Origin: Chloroflexota bacterium
GTDB taxonomy: Bacteria; Chloroflexota; UBA11872; UBA12225; JAJDUF01
Assembly (NCBI GenBank): GCA_022826725.1
Contig: JAJDUF010000006.1
Coordinates: 85,519-149,518 of the forward strand
DNA length: 64,000 nucleotides
Reading direction: 5' to 3'
Part shown: piece by piece, positions 43,214 through 52,739 of the stretch
Layout: the number at the start of each line of letters is the position of its first letter
How positions within the stretch are numbered: position 1 is the stretch's first letter
Notes under the pieces: generated by a model
Databases searched by the model: none
Told to the model about the DNA's origin: nothing
The model's input: the letters and a program-made list of their open reading frames with translations, nothing else
Made by a program: the position numbers and the translations under genes

Positions 43214-44263
43214 ATGCCCAGAGCACGTTGGCAAGGAGTCAACCTCGCCGGCTGGTTGTCGCAGTCTTCGCTCTCCCCCGCGCATATCGCGTCCTTCGTA
43301 AGCGAAGCCGACATCCGGCGGATCGCCACGTGGCAGTTCAATCACGTGCGTGTCCCCGTCGCAGCGCATTTCCTATGGGACGCGGAGCGGGCGGCGCTGC
43401 GGGAGCCTGGCGTGGCGGCGGTGGACCAGCTCGTGGATTGGTGCGAGGGGGCCGGCTTACAGTGCTTCATTGCCTTGCACCTCGGCGGTGCTCCGGACCC
43501 GGCGGATCAGCCCAGTACACTCCACCAAGAGGACGACCGGCAACGGCTCATCGCGCTCTGGGGCGCGGTCGCTGCCCGCTACGCCAGCCAACCGGAGAGC
43601 CAGGTGGCGTATGACTTGGTTCACCGGCCGTCCGGGATCACCGCCGCTGCCTGGAACCGGACCGCCCGCGCCATCACCGAAGCCATCCGCGCGGTTGATA
43701 CCCGGCACACCCTGGTAGTCAGCGGTGCGGACGGCGGCCGCCCCGCCGGGTTTGACTCGCTGCGCCCGACACGCGATCCCAACACCCTGTACGCCTGTCA
43801 CTTCTACGAGCCGATCCTTTTTACCCACCAACAGGTAGCGACTACGGCATACGGTGACGCCTATCGTGAGGCCGTACACTATCCCGGCCGCGCCCCGCCG
43901 CCGCCGGCGTACCCGGACGGCGCCATTGGCGAGTATCTGCGCGCCGAGGTGGGCCGGCGCTGGGACCGCGCCGCGCTGGCGGCAGCGCTCGATCCGGTCC
44001 TGGCGTTTCAGGAGATCTACGACCGGCCGATCTACGTTGCGTCCTTTGGAGCCTCGTGTCGAGCGTCGCGGCGCAGCCGGTTGACGTGGCTGCGCTCCGT
44101 ATTGACACTCTTCAAGACGCACGACCTCAGTTGGTCATACTGGACCTACAAGGGACTGGGGTTCGGCCTCATGGACCCTTGGGGTGACCGCGCCGCGGCG
44201 CCGGCCGACGATCCGACCGCCGGCCTGGACTACGACCGCCTCGCCCTCTTGCAGAGCGTGTAG
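43214..44263 (+). CDS. Glycoside hydrolase family 5-like protein (cellulase family)
   Basis: WQGVNLAGWL...FNHVRVPV...VAYDLVHRP (NE-like acid/base region)...YACHFYEP...YVASFG... and W.YWTYK. The start was set at MPRARWQG (43214). Confidence 0.65.
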   Translation: MPRARWQGVNLAGWLSQSSLSPAHIASFVSEADIRRIATWQFNHVRVPVAAHFLWDAERAALREPGVAAVDQLVDWCEGAGLQCFIALHLGGAPDPADQPSTLHQEDDRQRLIALWGAVAARYASQPESQVAYDLVHRPSGITAAAWNRTARAITEAIRAVDTRHTLVVSGADGGRPAGFDSLRPTRDPNTLYACHFYEPILFTHQQVATTAYGDAYREAVHYPGRAPPPPAYPDGAIGEYLRAEVGRRWDRAALAAALDPVLAFQEIYDRPIYVASFGASCRASRRSRLTWLRSVLTLFKTHDLSWSYWTYKGLGFGLMDPWGDRAAAPADDPTAGLDYDRLALLQSV

Positions 44264-44289
44264 CCGCGGCCACCCTCACCCCGGCGCAC

Positions 44290-46107
44290 TTACGCGCCGC
44301 CCTGGATGGTCAGGCGGCGGTAGAGCCGCAGTGCCGCCTGCCAGGCGCGATTGAGTCGGGGGTGCGGCACATAATCGTAAGCGCCCAGCCAGCGCACGTA
44401 GCGCCCGCCAAATCCCCGCTTGAACCGATACACCCCCCACAGCGGGTCATCTTCCCGTAGCTCGGTCGGGGCACCCCACATGTCGTAGGTAACGCAGCCG
44501 TGCTCACGTGCCCACTGCATCGCCCGCCATTGCAGCAGGTGATTTGGCTGATCGCGGCGATGACGCGCGCCGGAGGCGCCATAGAGAAACCAGGCCCGGC
44601 GGCCGTACCGACACACGACGAGGCCGGCCACCGTCTCACCGGCCACGTCCGCCAGGAGCAGCGCTGCCCCCTGCTCCCGACGCAAGTGCTCCCACAGGAC
44701 CCGGTAATAGTCCAGTGGCCGGATGACAAAGCCATCGCGGGCGGCCGTCTCCTCATACAGGCGGTAGAAGGTTACGAGGTCGTCCGTGCTTCCCTTGCGG
44801 ACCTGCACCCCCCGTCGCTGCGCCAGCCGCACATTGTAGCGCCACTTGCTGTGCATCCGCGCCAGTAGCTCATCCTCGCTGCCACGCAGGTCCACGAGCA
44901 TGGTTGCTGGGAGCTGTACCTGCTCCTCGGCAGGAAGGAACCCGGCGGCCTCCAGCTCGCGGGCTACGGCACCGTTGTGCGCCTCAACGTCGGGGTCGAG
45001 CTTGAGCCACAGCACACGATGGTCCTGCGCCCAGACTGCCAGCGCTCGCGCCACGTCACCCACGGCCTCACTGCTCCACTCGGCGAGGATCGGCCCTTTC
45101 GGGACGTAGCCGATGCCCAGCCCCGGCACCGGCAGCGGGCGGCGTAGGACCAGCGCGATCCCGACCAGGCGCCCGGCGCGACGAAACGCCAGCAGCTGCG
45201 GTGTCCACCCCAGTTGCTCGCGGGCCGCCGCCCAGGCCGCCCCTTGCAGCAGATGCGCGCCGGGCAGGCTGAGGACCAGGTCGTCCCACTCGTGCGCGGG
45301 AACAGCCTCGATTACCAGGTCGGCTTGCTGCTGTGGCTGTGCCACCTGTGTTCCCGTATGAAGGGCGATGGTGCCGAGCGCGAGGGAGCGAGCGGTGACT
45401 TGGGCAAAGCCGGCCGCTTGGAGGCAGCGTTGGAGTTGGCGACGGCTGAGAAATGCCTGCACCGAGGCCGGCAAGTAGCGGTAGGCTGCCCCGGAACCGG
45501 CGACCGCTGCTCCCACGAGGGGCACGATGTGCCGGAAATAATACCGGAAGATCGTCCGGAAGACGGGCATTGTCGGCGCGGTGATCTCCAGGGAGGCCAG
45601 CCGACCTTCAGGACGCAAGACGCGCTGAAACTCGGCCAATGCCCCGTCCAAGTCGGCCAGGTTCCGCACCGTGAAGGCGGTGACGAGAGCATCGCAGGCG
45701 TCCGCGCGCAACGGCAGCGCCAGCGCGTCTCCTTGCACGGGGAGCACGACCACCGCCGGCTGGTCATCCTGCCCCACCGCTCGCCGTTGGAGCTTGGTAC
45801 GGGCCACGCCGAGCATCTCCGCGGCGAAGTCGAGCGCCACGATCCGGCCACCGTCCGGCATGGCGTCGGCCACCGCCAGGCTCAGATCACCGGTGCCGGC
45901 GCCCACGTCGAGCACCGTCCGGGTTTCCGGCCCAATAACCGCCGACGCTGCGATCTTGCGCCAAGCAGCGTCGCGCCCCAGTGTCATCAGCCGGTTCATC
46001 AGGTCGTACCGCCGGGCGATGGTGTCGAACAGTGTCCGCACGTACTGCGCCCGCGCCGGCCCGGTCGGGAGGTCATCGGCCGGCATGGACTGCCGTTCAG
46101 GCTGCAT
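44290..46107 (-). CDS. Fusion protein: MenG/UbiE-type demethylmenaquinone methyltransferase (N) plus FemAB-family peptidyltransferase-like domain (C)
   Basis: N-terminal part: YVRTLFDTIARRYDLMNRLMTLGRDAAWRK...VLDVGAGTGDL...RVLRPEGRL. C-terminal ~340 aa: HLLQGAAWAAAREQLGW...MHSKWRYNVRLAQRRGV...LLQWRAMQWAREHGCVTYDMWG...GVYRFKRGFGG (FemAB/GNAT-like). Confidence 0.75.
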   Translation of the reverse strand: MQPERQSMPADDLPTGPARAQYVRTLFDTIARRYDLMNRLMTLGRDAAWRKIAASAVIGPETRTVLDVGAGTGDLSLAVADAMPDGGRIVALDFAAEMLGVARTKLQRRAVGQDDQPAVVVLPVQGDALALPLRADACDALVTAFTVRNLADLDGALAEFQRVLRPEGRLASLEITAPTMPVFRTIFRYYFRHIVPLVGAAVAGSGAAYRYLPASVQAFLSRRQLQRCLQAAGFAQVTARSLALGTIALHTGTQVAQPQQQADLVIEAVPAHEWDDLVLSLPGAHLLQGAAWAAAREQLGWTPQLLAFRRAGRLVGIALVLRRPLPVPGLGIGYVPKGPILAEWSSEAVGDVARALAVWAQDHRVLWLKLDPDVEAHNGAVARELEAAGFLPAEEQVQLPATMLVDLRGSEDELLARMHSKWRYNVRLAQRRGVQVRKGSTDDLVTFYRLYEETAARDGFVIRPLDYYRVLWEHLRREQGAALLLADVAGETVAGLVVCRYGRRAWFLYGASGARHRRDQPNHLLQWRAMQWAREHGCVTYDMWGAPTELREDDPLWGVYRFKRGFGGRYVRWLGAYDYVPHPRLNRAWQAALRLYRRLTIQGGA

Positions 46108-46194
46108 AGAGAACGTGCTCCTCTCGAAGCGCGGTAGACGGTAGCAGTGCCACCGATGGCACTTGGCTATCGCAAGACCTGCACGCCACGCGGC

Positions 46195-47217
46195 CTAGGA
46201 CTGCCTGCTGAGGGCGTAGCGCACCAACTCGACCAGTGCTTCCGCTTGTTGGCTGGCCGGTAGCCCCTCCAGACAACGTATGGCCGCGTCACCAAACCGG
46301 AATGCAACGGCGCGGGCACGATCAATGGCCTCGGATTCCCGTATCTCAGCCACAAACTGCCGGACATCATGCTCATCCGTCGGCGTGCCGTCGGTCATCA
46401 GGATGTCCACGAGCGGATGCTGCGGGTGCGCCTCAAGAAAGTAAATGATCGGCAGCGTCATAGTGCCCTGGAGTAGGTCACTTCCTACCGGCTTGCCGAG
46501 TGCTTCCTCGGTACTGGTCAGGTCCAAAATGTCGTCAATGATCTGGAAAGCCACACCCAGCTCCAGGCCATACTGCCGCATCCGGGACACCACCGCGTCA
46601 TCCGCCCCGTCCAGCATCGCCCCCGTCTGGCAGCACATCGCCAGCAACGAGGCCGTCTTGCTGCGGACCTTGGCCAAGTAGGTGTCCTCCAAGCGGCGCA
46701 GCTGACTCGTGACCCCGGACGTATGGCCTGAAGCAGAATCACCGTTGAGGCTCAAGGGCAGCATCTCTCCTTGGCACAACTCCATCACCGCCCAGGCGAA
46801 GACACCCATAATCGCCGGGCTATCCAAGCTCGCCACGAACTCGGCGGCCTTGGCGAACAGGTAGTCGCCGGTCAGCACGGCCAACGAGTTGCCAAAGACC
46901 GTATTGACCGTGGCCCGGCCGCGGCGGGCCGCACTCTCATCGAGAATATCGTCATGCACCAGAGTCGCCGTGTGCAGCAGCTCCGCCGAGACGGCCAGCC
47001 GCTCGCGCCGGTCCAGCGGCGTACCGTTGCAGCCGGAGGCGAGTAGGACCAGCGCGGGCCGGAGGCGCTTGCCCCCCGGCCCGAGGATCAGCCGCAGCGT
47101 CTGTCCCAAGATCGGATGGTCCACGTCCGAGACGGCGTTGAGGCGACCCTCGACGCCAGCAAGCTCCGACAACACCGGGCTGAAGGGTGTGGAATCAGCA
47201 GCAACGTCAGTAGTCAC
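46195..47217 (-). CDS. Polyprenyl diphosphate synthase (hepta/octaprenyl type)
   Basis: LLHTATLVHDDILDE (FARM) and GVAFQIIDDILD (SARM). The start was set at GTG 47217, downstream of GAGGA, which avoids overlap with tatD. Confidence 0.85.
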   Translation of the reverse strand: MTTDVAADSTPFSPVLSELAGVEGRLNAVSDVDHPILGQTLRLILGPGGKRLRPALVLLASGCNGTPLDRRERLAVSAELLHTATLVHDDILDESAARRGRATVNTVFGNSLAVLTGDYLFAKAAEFVASLDSPAIMGVFAWAVMELCQGEMLPLSLNGDSASGHTSGVTSQLRRLEDTYLAKVRSKTASLLAMCCQTGAMLDGADDAVVSRMRQYGLELGVAFQIIDDILDLTSTEEALGKPVGSDLLQGTMTLPIIYFLEAHPQHPLVDILMTDGTPTDEHDVRQFVAEIRESEAIDRARAVAFRFGDAAIRCLEGLPASQQAEALVELVRYALSRQS

Positions 47218-47228
47218 GCCGTTGTCCT

Positions 47229-48008
47229 CTACCCCGTGCGTCCGGCGCCACCGAACAAGCGCTCGGCATTCGCCGTAACAAGGGCCGCACACGCTGCCGA
47301 GGTCATGCCTCGCACGGTCGCCAAGGTCTCGACCGTCGCCGGCAGGTACGCCGGCTCGTTACGCCGGCCCCGCCACGGCTGCGGCGGCAAGTACGGACAA
47401 TCCGTCTCGACCAGCAGCCACTCGGCCGGCACTATGGCAGCAGCCGCCCGCAGCATATCGGCGCGGCGATAGGTCAGCGGCCCGGCAAACGAGAGCAGCA
47501 ATCCGGCAGCTACCGCCCGCTCCACGTCGCTCGCCTCCCCCGCAAACGCATGTAGCACGCCACCGGCCTTCAACTGGCGCTCTTCAACCGCAGCCAGCGC
47601 ATCCGCAATCGCCGCACGACTATGGATAATGACGGGCAAGTCCAGATCCTCGGCGAGATCGAGCATCGCTGCAAAGGCTGCTTGCTGTCGCGCCCGCGGC
47701 GCCAAGTCGCGGTAGTAGTCTAGCCCGGTTTCTCCGATAGCGACCACGCCCGGCGCGGCAGCCAAATCCCGAATCGCCGCAACACTGGCCTTATCTGCCT
47801 GCTCGGCGTCGTGGGGATGAATGCCGACGGCTGCGTACAACCGCCCCGGATAGCGCCGGGCCAGGGCTACCGCCCGGCGACTCGAAGCGAGATTATAGCC
47901 CACCACCACTAACTGCGACACCGCTTTCGACTGCGCGCGCGCCAGCACTCGGTCCAGGTCGGAAGCAAAGGCCGGCGCATTGAGATGCGCGTGTGTATCG
48001 AAGAGCAT
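47229..48008 (-). CDS. tatD: TatD-family metal-dependent hydrolase
   Basis: MLFDTHAHL...GETGLDYY...Q..F...L.LA..L.LPVIIHSR...GVLHAF.G...ETD.PYL. Confidence 0.85.
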   Translation of the reverse strand: MLFDTHAHLNAPAFASDLDRVLARAQSKAVSQLVVVGYNLASSRRAVALARRYPGRLYAAVGIHPHDAEQADKASVAAIRDLAAAPGVVAIGETGLDYYRDLAPRARQQAAFAAMLDLAEDLDLPVIIHSRAAIADALAAVEERQLKAGGVLHAFAGEASDVERAVAAGLLLSFAGPLTYRRADMLRAAAAIVPAEWLLVETDCPYLPPQPWRGRRNEPAYLPATVETLATVRGMTSAACAALVTANAERLFGGAGRTG

Positions 48009-48049
48009 CGGAAGCGATGATAGCAGAGGGGGGAGGCGAGGATGCCCGG

Positions 48050-48901
48050 TCACTCCTCCTGATGCAGCCGGCGATAAACCTCACGGCGCGGCTGTCCCGT
48101 CTCGGCGACAAGCTGCGCGAGGGCCTGCCGGCGGTCGCCTAGCTCGTCGCACAACGCAGCGAAACGCCGGGCCAGCAGATCGTCGTCACGGCGCAGTAGC
48201 TCCGGCTCCGCCGCAGGGGCCGCCGGCGGCCCCTCACCCGTGCCTTTCAGTACCAGGACGAACTCGCCGCGCGGTGGCTTGAGGGCGAGCTGCGCCGCAA
48301 CCACGGCGGCCGGTCCGCGCACGATCTCCTCGTGGAGCTTGGTCAGCTCGCGACCCACCACAAGCTGCTGCATACCGGCGACGTCCGCAATGTCGGCGAG
48401 TGCCGCGTGGAGACGATGCGGTGTCTCGAAAAACACGGTAACACCCGGCAAGACCGCGTAGCGCTTGATGAGGTCGCGGCGGCCCTTACGCTTGCGGGGC
48501 AGGAAACCCAGAAAGTGAGCCGGCCCCGGCTCGCAGCCGGCCACCGAGAGAATCGCACTCAGCGCCGATGGGCCGGGCAGGGGCACGACCTGATGGCCGG
48601 CGGCCTCCGCCGCAGTGACCACCTCGGCGCCAGGATCGCTGATGCCGGGCGTGCCGGCGTCGCTGACCAGCGCCACATTACCCTGGGACAGCAAGGCTAG
48701 GATGCGCGGTAGCTGCCGGCGGTGGTTGTGCTCGTGGTAACTGATGAGTGGCGTGGCGATCTCGTAGTAGCGCAGCAGCTTGGCCGTATGGCGGGTGTCC
48801 TCGGCGGCGATGTGACCGACCGCGCGCAGCACCTCCAGAGCGCGCAGCGTGATGTCACCCAGGTTACCGATAGGCGTCGCGACGACAAACAGGCGGCTCA
48901 T
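48050..48901 (-). CDS. rsmI: 16S rRNA (cytidine1402-2'-O)-methyltransferase RsmI
   Basis: LFVVATPIGNLGDITLRALEVL..V..IAAEDTRHT.KLL......L.SYHEHN....L.......G..VALVSDAGTPGISDPG. Confidence 0.9.
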   Translation of the reverse strand: MSRLFVVATPIGNLGDITLRALEVLRAVGHIAAEDTRHTAKLLRYYEIATPLISYHEHNHRRQLPRILALLSQGNVALVSDAGTPGISDPGAEVVTAAEAAGHQVVPLPGPSALSAILSVAGCEPGPAHFLGFLPRKRKGRRDLIKRYAVLPGVTVFFETPHRLHAALADIADVAGMQQLVVGRELTKLHEEIVRGPAAVVAAQLALKPPRGEFVLVLKGTGEGPPAAPAAEPELLRRDDDLLARRFAALCDELGDRRQALAQLVAETGQPRREVYRRLHQEE

Positions 48902-48942
48902 GGCGCTACGCGATCAACGCCGCGTCCCCGCGTTGACGAGCA

Positions 48943-49833
48943 CTACCGTCCCCAATCGCGGAGGTAGAGGAAATCGCGGTCTATCGTGCGCTGCGAGACC
49001 TTGGCGATCAGGGGCAGCTGGCGCTTGAACTGCGAGCCTTGCACCAGGGCGTGTACCCGCCGCACAAAGGCCGGATCGAGACCCTCCGCGACCAGCTCGC
49101 CGGCGGAGTACCGCTCGTCTATCAGCAGGTACAGCAACTGGTCTACCTGTTCGTAGGTGAAGCCCAGTTCGCTTTCGTCCGACTGCCCTTCCCAGAGATC
49201 GGCGCTGGGCGGCTTGTCGAGAATGGCCTGGGGCACACCGAGCGCAGCCGCCAGTTGGCGCACTTGCGTCTTGTACAGGTCACCGATGGGGTTCAGGGCG
49301 CTGGCCATGTCGCCCCAGAGTGTGCCGTAGCCCAGCAACAACTCCGTTTTGTTGCTGGTGCCGACGACGAGGGCCTCAAATGCCTCGGACTGATCGTAGA
49401 CGGCGATCATGCGCGCGCGCGCCATGACGTTGCCGCGGCGCTTGGGGGTCAGCTCCTCTTCCCAATCGGTATAGGCTTCGACCATCGGCGTAATCTCGAA
49501 GATGCGGTAGTCAATGCCGAGTGTCGCAACCACCCGATGCGCGTCACCGAGACTGGCCGGGTTGCTGGTACGATAGGGCAGCATGATTGCCCGCACGCGG
49601 TCCGGTCCCAGCGCAGCGACCGCCAGGTAGGCCGTCAACGCCGAATCAATGCCCCCGGACAGCGCCACCACCACGCGCTCGTACCCGACCTTGGCAATCT
49701 CCTCCCGGATGAACCCGTGCAGCAGGCGCGTCGTCAACTCGACGTTGAGGCGCATCCCCTGATCCGCCCGCGCTGCCAGCGCCGGCGGCACGGTGAAGGT
49801 GCTCGGAGCGGCTTCGTCGGTGCTGATAGTCAT
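48943..49833 (-). CDS. nadE: NAD+ synthetase (NadE, synthetase domain only)
   Basis: [14 protein letters not shown] (PP-loop SGGxDS), ...[15 protein letters not shown]. It overlaps the upstream CN-hydrolase gene by 4 nt. Confidence 0.9.
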   Translation of the reverse strand: MTISTDEAAPSTFTVPPALAARADQGMRLNVELTTRLLHGFIREEIAKVGYERVVVALSGGIDSALTAYLAVAALGPDRVRAIMLPYRTSNPASLGDAHRVVATLGIDYRIFEITPMVEAYTDWEEELTPKRRGNVMARARMIAVYDQSEAFEALVVGTSNKTELLLGYGTLWGDMASALNPIGDLYKTQVRQLAAALGVPQAILDKPPSADLWEGQSDESELGFTYEQVDQLLYLLIDERYSAGELVAEGLDPAFVRRVHALVQGSQFKRQLPLIAKVSQRTIDRDFLYLRDWGR

Positions 49834-50753
49834 GGTAGATCGTAGTGGGAGCGGTAAATGCGGGTTAGCTCACGATGGGTCAGGTCTAGGCGCTCATCGC
49901 GCAACAAGGGCAGGCGGCTCCGCTGCCGGCGCAGCGGCACCGGCGAGAGTTCGGCCGTTACCAGGCATTCCTCATAGTATGGTCCGTGAGCGAGGCGCTG
50001 CCCGTCCGGTCCGAACACACTCGACCCACCGAAGAAACTGATCCCGTCCTCGTAGCCAACGCGATTACAGTGGACCACGTAGCAGGTCAGGAACTGCGAG
50101 TAGAACGCGCCGATACGTTCATAGGCCAGCGCACTATCGAGATCGGGTGATGCCTCCGACGTGCCGCGGCCAGGCGAGCTGGAAATGCCGATCAAGACCT
50201 CCGCGCCGTCATAGGAGGCGATAACAGCCGCGGCCGGGTGCCACAGGTCCTCGCAAATCAGGATCGCGGCGCGCCCGCAGCGACTGTCGAAGGCCCTCAT
50301 GCGGTCACCGGCGCCGAAGAAGCGGCCGTCGTCAAAGATGCCGTAGGTCGCCGGATAGACCTTGCGATGGACGTGCCTGATCCGGCCGCCTTCCAGATAA
50401 GCGGCCGCGATGTAGAACTGCTGGCGCTCGGACTCCTCGACAAAGCCGACCAGCAGCGGCAGGTCGTGGCTCGCCGCCAGTAGCGGCTCCCACGACGGGT
50501 CATCACATCGCCACGCCACGTCCGGAACCAGGTCCTTGACGTAATAGCCGGTCAACGACAGCTCCGGGAAAATGAGCAAGTCCACCCCGGCATCGCGCGC
50601 CTGCGCGATGTAGGCCAGATGCATCTCGACGTTGGCCGCCACGTCACCGAGGCGTGGTGAGACCTGCGCCAGCCCGAGCGTGCAGTGCGGCTGGCGCCGG
50701 GGCGCTACGAGGGATGTGGCCTGCCGTTGGCTCTCCATCACAGTGCCGTCCAT
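49830..50753 (-). CDS. Carbon-nitrogen hydrolase (nitrilase superfamily), probable glutaminase partner of NadE
   Basis: [13 protein letters not shown] (catalytic Glu), H.KVY (Lys region) and [11 protein letters not shown] (catalytic Cys). It is translationally coupled to nadE. Confidence 0.8.
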   Translation of the reverse strand: MDGTVMESQRQATSLVAPRRQPHCTLGLAQVSPRLGDVAANVEMHLAYIAQARDAGVDLLIFPELSLTGYYVKDLVPDVAWRCDDPSWEPLLAASHDLPLLVGFVEESERQQFYIAAAYLEGGRIRHVHRKVYPATYGIFDDGRFFGAGDRMRAFDSRCGRAAILICEDLWHPAAAVIASYDGAEVLIGISSSPGRGTSEASPDLDSALAYERIGAFYSQFLTCYVVHCNRVGYEDGISFFGGSSVFGPDGQRLAHGPYYEECLVTAELSPVPLRRQRSRLPLLRDERLDLTHRELTRIYRSHYDLP

Positions 50754-50801
50754 CTACTGGTGGATTGTATCGCTCCGGGAGGTATCCGGCTCCCTCCCTC
50801 G

Positions 50802-50839
50802 CCGTCCCCCTGCACAGCGGGGGGACCATAGGGGGGCGC
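50802..50839 (+). repeat. E-type repeat
   Basis: ccgtccccctgcacagcggggggaccataggggggcgc. Confidence 0.85.
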
Positions 50840-50860
50840 TTGAGGATACCGGCTTAACCG

Positions 50861-51469
50861 TCAACGCCGCTCGCCGATGGGCTGCGCCGGGATACCCCCG
50901 ACGACCTGGTAAGGTGCCACGTCGCGCGTCACCACGGCGCGCACGGCCACCACGGCGCCCCGGCCGATGGTGACACCGGGCAGCACCACCACGTCGCTGT
51001 AGAGCATTACATCGTCCTCGATGGTCACGGGTGCCGTCTGGATTGGCGCCGCCAGCACGGGCACAACGCGCCGGACCGTATCATGGCTATGGGTGTAGAT
51101 CTGCGTGCGCCGGCCGACATGGACGCCGGCGCCAATCCGGATCGGTGCCGAGCAATCGAGGTGGCAGTCGGATAGCACCACGCTGCCCTCCCCCAGCTCA
51201 AAGCTGGTCGCGCCCGCGACCGGCTCGTCAATACCGAGACGCACCCGATCGCGTATCTCGCAGCCGGCGTGCAGCCGGAGGCGCAAGCTGCTCGTGAAGT
51301 AGAAGCCCTTGTGCAGCGTCACATCGCTGCCAACGGTACAGCCGGGCCGCTGGCGTAGCACGGCGGCCCGCACGCGGCGCAGCGTGTGCCAGTAGGGACG
51401 GAGCCGGTGTAGATCGGGCAGCGCGCAGAGCCAGCGGCAGAGCGTGAGGTTGCCTGGTGAGCTAGGCAT
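50861..51469 (-). CDS. Left-handed beta-helix (hexapeptide-repeat) acyl/acetyltransferase
   Basis: IGAGVHVGRRTQIYTHSHD...IEDDVMLYSDVVVLPGVTIGRGAVVAVRAVVTRDVAPYQVVGGIPA. Confidence 0.8.
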   Translation of the reverse strand: MPSSPGNLTLCRWLCALPDLHRLRPYWHTLRRVRAAVLRQRPGCTVGSDVTLHKGFYFTSSLRLRLHAGCEIRDRVRLGIDEPVAGATSFELGEGSVVLSDCHLDCSAPIRIGAGVHVGRRTQIYTHSHDTVRRVVPVLAAPIQTAPVTIEDDVMLYSDVVVLPGVTIGRGAVVAVRAVVTRDVAPYQVVGGIPAQPIGERR

Positions 51470-52706
51470 GACGAGTGCTCCGAGCAGTTAACTCCTGGGT
51501 CCACTTCAGCACGCGGGCGGCACGCTCGTCCCACGTATAGCGCCGTACTACCATGGCTGCCGCCGCGGCCAAGCGCCGGCCGCGTGTCCGGTCCTGCAGG
51601 ATAGCGGCGATGCCGGCGGCGAGCGCCGGCGGCGCATCGGCCGGCACCAGCCAGGCGGTCGTGTCGTGCGTCAGCACTTCGCGCAAGGCTGGCAGGTCGG
51701 AGGCGACAATCGGCCGCTCCGCCGCCATGTATTCGAACAGCTTCAGCGGCGACGTATACGTATGGGCAATCGGGACCGAGCCGCTGTTCGGCAGCACGAG
51801 CACGTCGGCGGCAGCCAAATAGGCGGGTACCTGCGTCGGCGGCACGTAGCCGGCGAGATGCACCCGCTCGGCGAGGCCTTCCCGGCGGAGCCAGTCGGCA
51901 AAGCGGGTACGGTCCGCTGGCGTCCCGCCGACGATCACCACCTGCGCCGACGCCGGGAGGAGTGCCGCGGCGCGGGCCAGCGTGTCCACGCCTTTCCAGC
52001 GGTACAGGTGGCCGGCGTAGAGCACAATCTGCCGATCCACCGGGAGGCCGAGCCGCCGGCGGGCCTCCGTCGCGGAGAGCACCGGTGTGAAACGCCCCAA
52101 ATCCACACCGTCGGGCGCGACGTGTACCGGCGGCGTGTCGCTTCCACCCCACCCGGCCAACTCGCGGGCCAAGCCGTGCGAGATGGACACCACCCCGTCC
52201 AAGCGCGGCAGCAGACGGCGCAGCGCCCGGCGGGACAGGCGGCCTTGTGGGAGATCGTGTGCCTCCCAGATGACCGACCGCGGCCGGCGCGGACCGACGA
52301 CGACCGGCCACAGCAGCGGCCAATCACGTGAGTACACCAGCGGACCGCCACCTATCGCACGACGCGCATACGCCGTAGTGGCCAGCGCAAAGCTCGCCGT
52401 CTGGACGGCAAACGCGGCCGGATTGAGCGGTGTCCCCGCCAGGGCCGGGAGGTCAATCGTGACGAGCTTCACCGGGTCGAGGCACGGCAGCGCCACGAGG
52501 GTGGGCGGACGCTGGACACCGTAGAAGGCCGCCGGATCACCGACGTCCCGTAGCTCGTCCAGGTTCACACGTCGCGGGTGGATTAAGCGCACCGCGACGC
52601 CGCGCGCCGCAAAGGCATCGCACATCTGGAAAATCTGGTAGACATGCGCCTTCTCGCTGGGAATGCGTACATTGGCCAGGTAGAGCATACGGCCGGGATC
52701 AGACAT
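51462..52706 (-). CDS. Glycosyltransferase family 4 (GT-B)
   Basis: LYLANVRIPSEKAHVYQI.QMC.AFA..G..V......R; C-terminal part: ..LYAGHLY.WKGVD.L..AA......V.IVGG....... ...Y.SPLKLFEYMAAERPIVASD. Confidence 0.8.
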   Translation of the reverse strand: MSDPGRMLYLANVRIPSEKAHVYQIFQMCDAFAARGVAVRLIHPRRVNLDELRDVGDPAAFYGVQRPPTLVALPCLDPVKLVTIDLPALAGTPLNPAAFAVQTASFALATTAYARRAIGGGPLVYSRDWPLLWPVVVGPRRPRSVIWEAHDLPQGRLSRRALRRLLPRLDGVVSISHGLARELAGWGGSDTPPVHVAPDGVDLGRFTPVLSATEARRRLGLPVDRQIVLYAGHLYRWKGVDTLARAAALLPASAQVVIVGGTPADRTRFADWLRREGLAERVHLAGYVPPTQVPAYLAAADVLVLPNSGSVPIAHTYTSPLKLFEYMAAERPIVASDLPALREVLTHDTTAWLVPADAPPALAAGIAAILQDRTRGRRLAAAAAMVVRRYTWDERAARVLKWTQELTARSTRHA

Positions 52707-52739
52707 GGGCCCTCATCATGCCTACAGGGTGGCGCTCTG

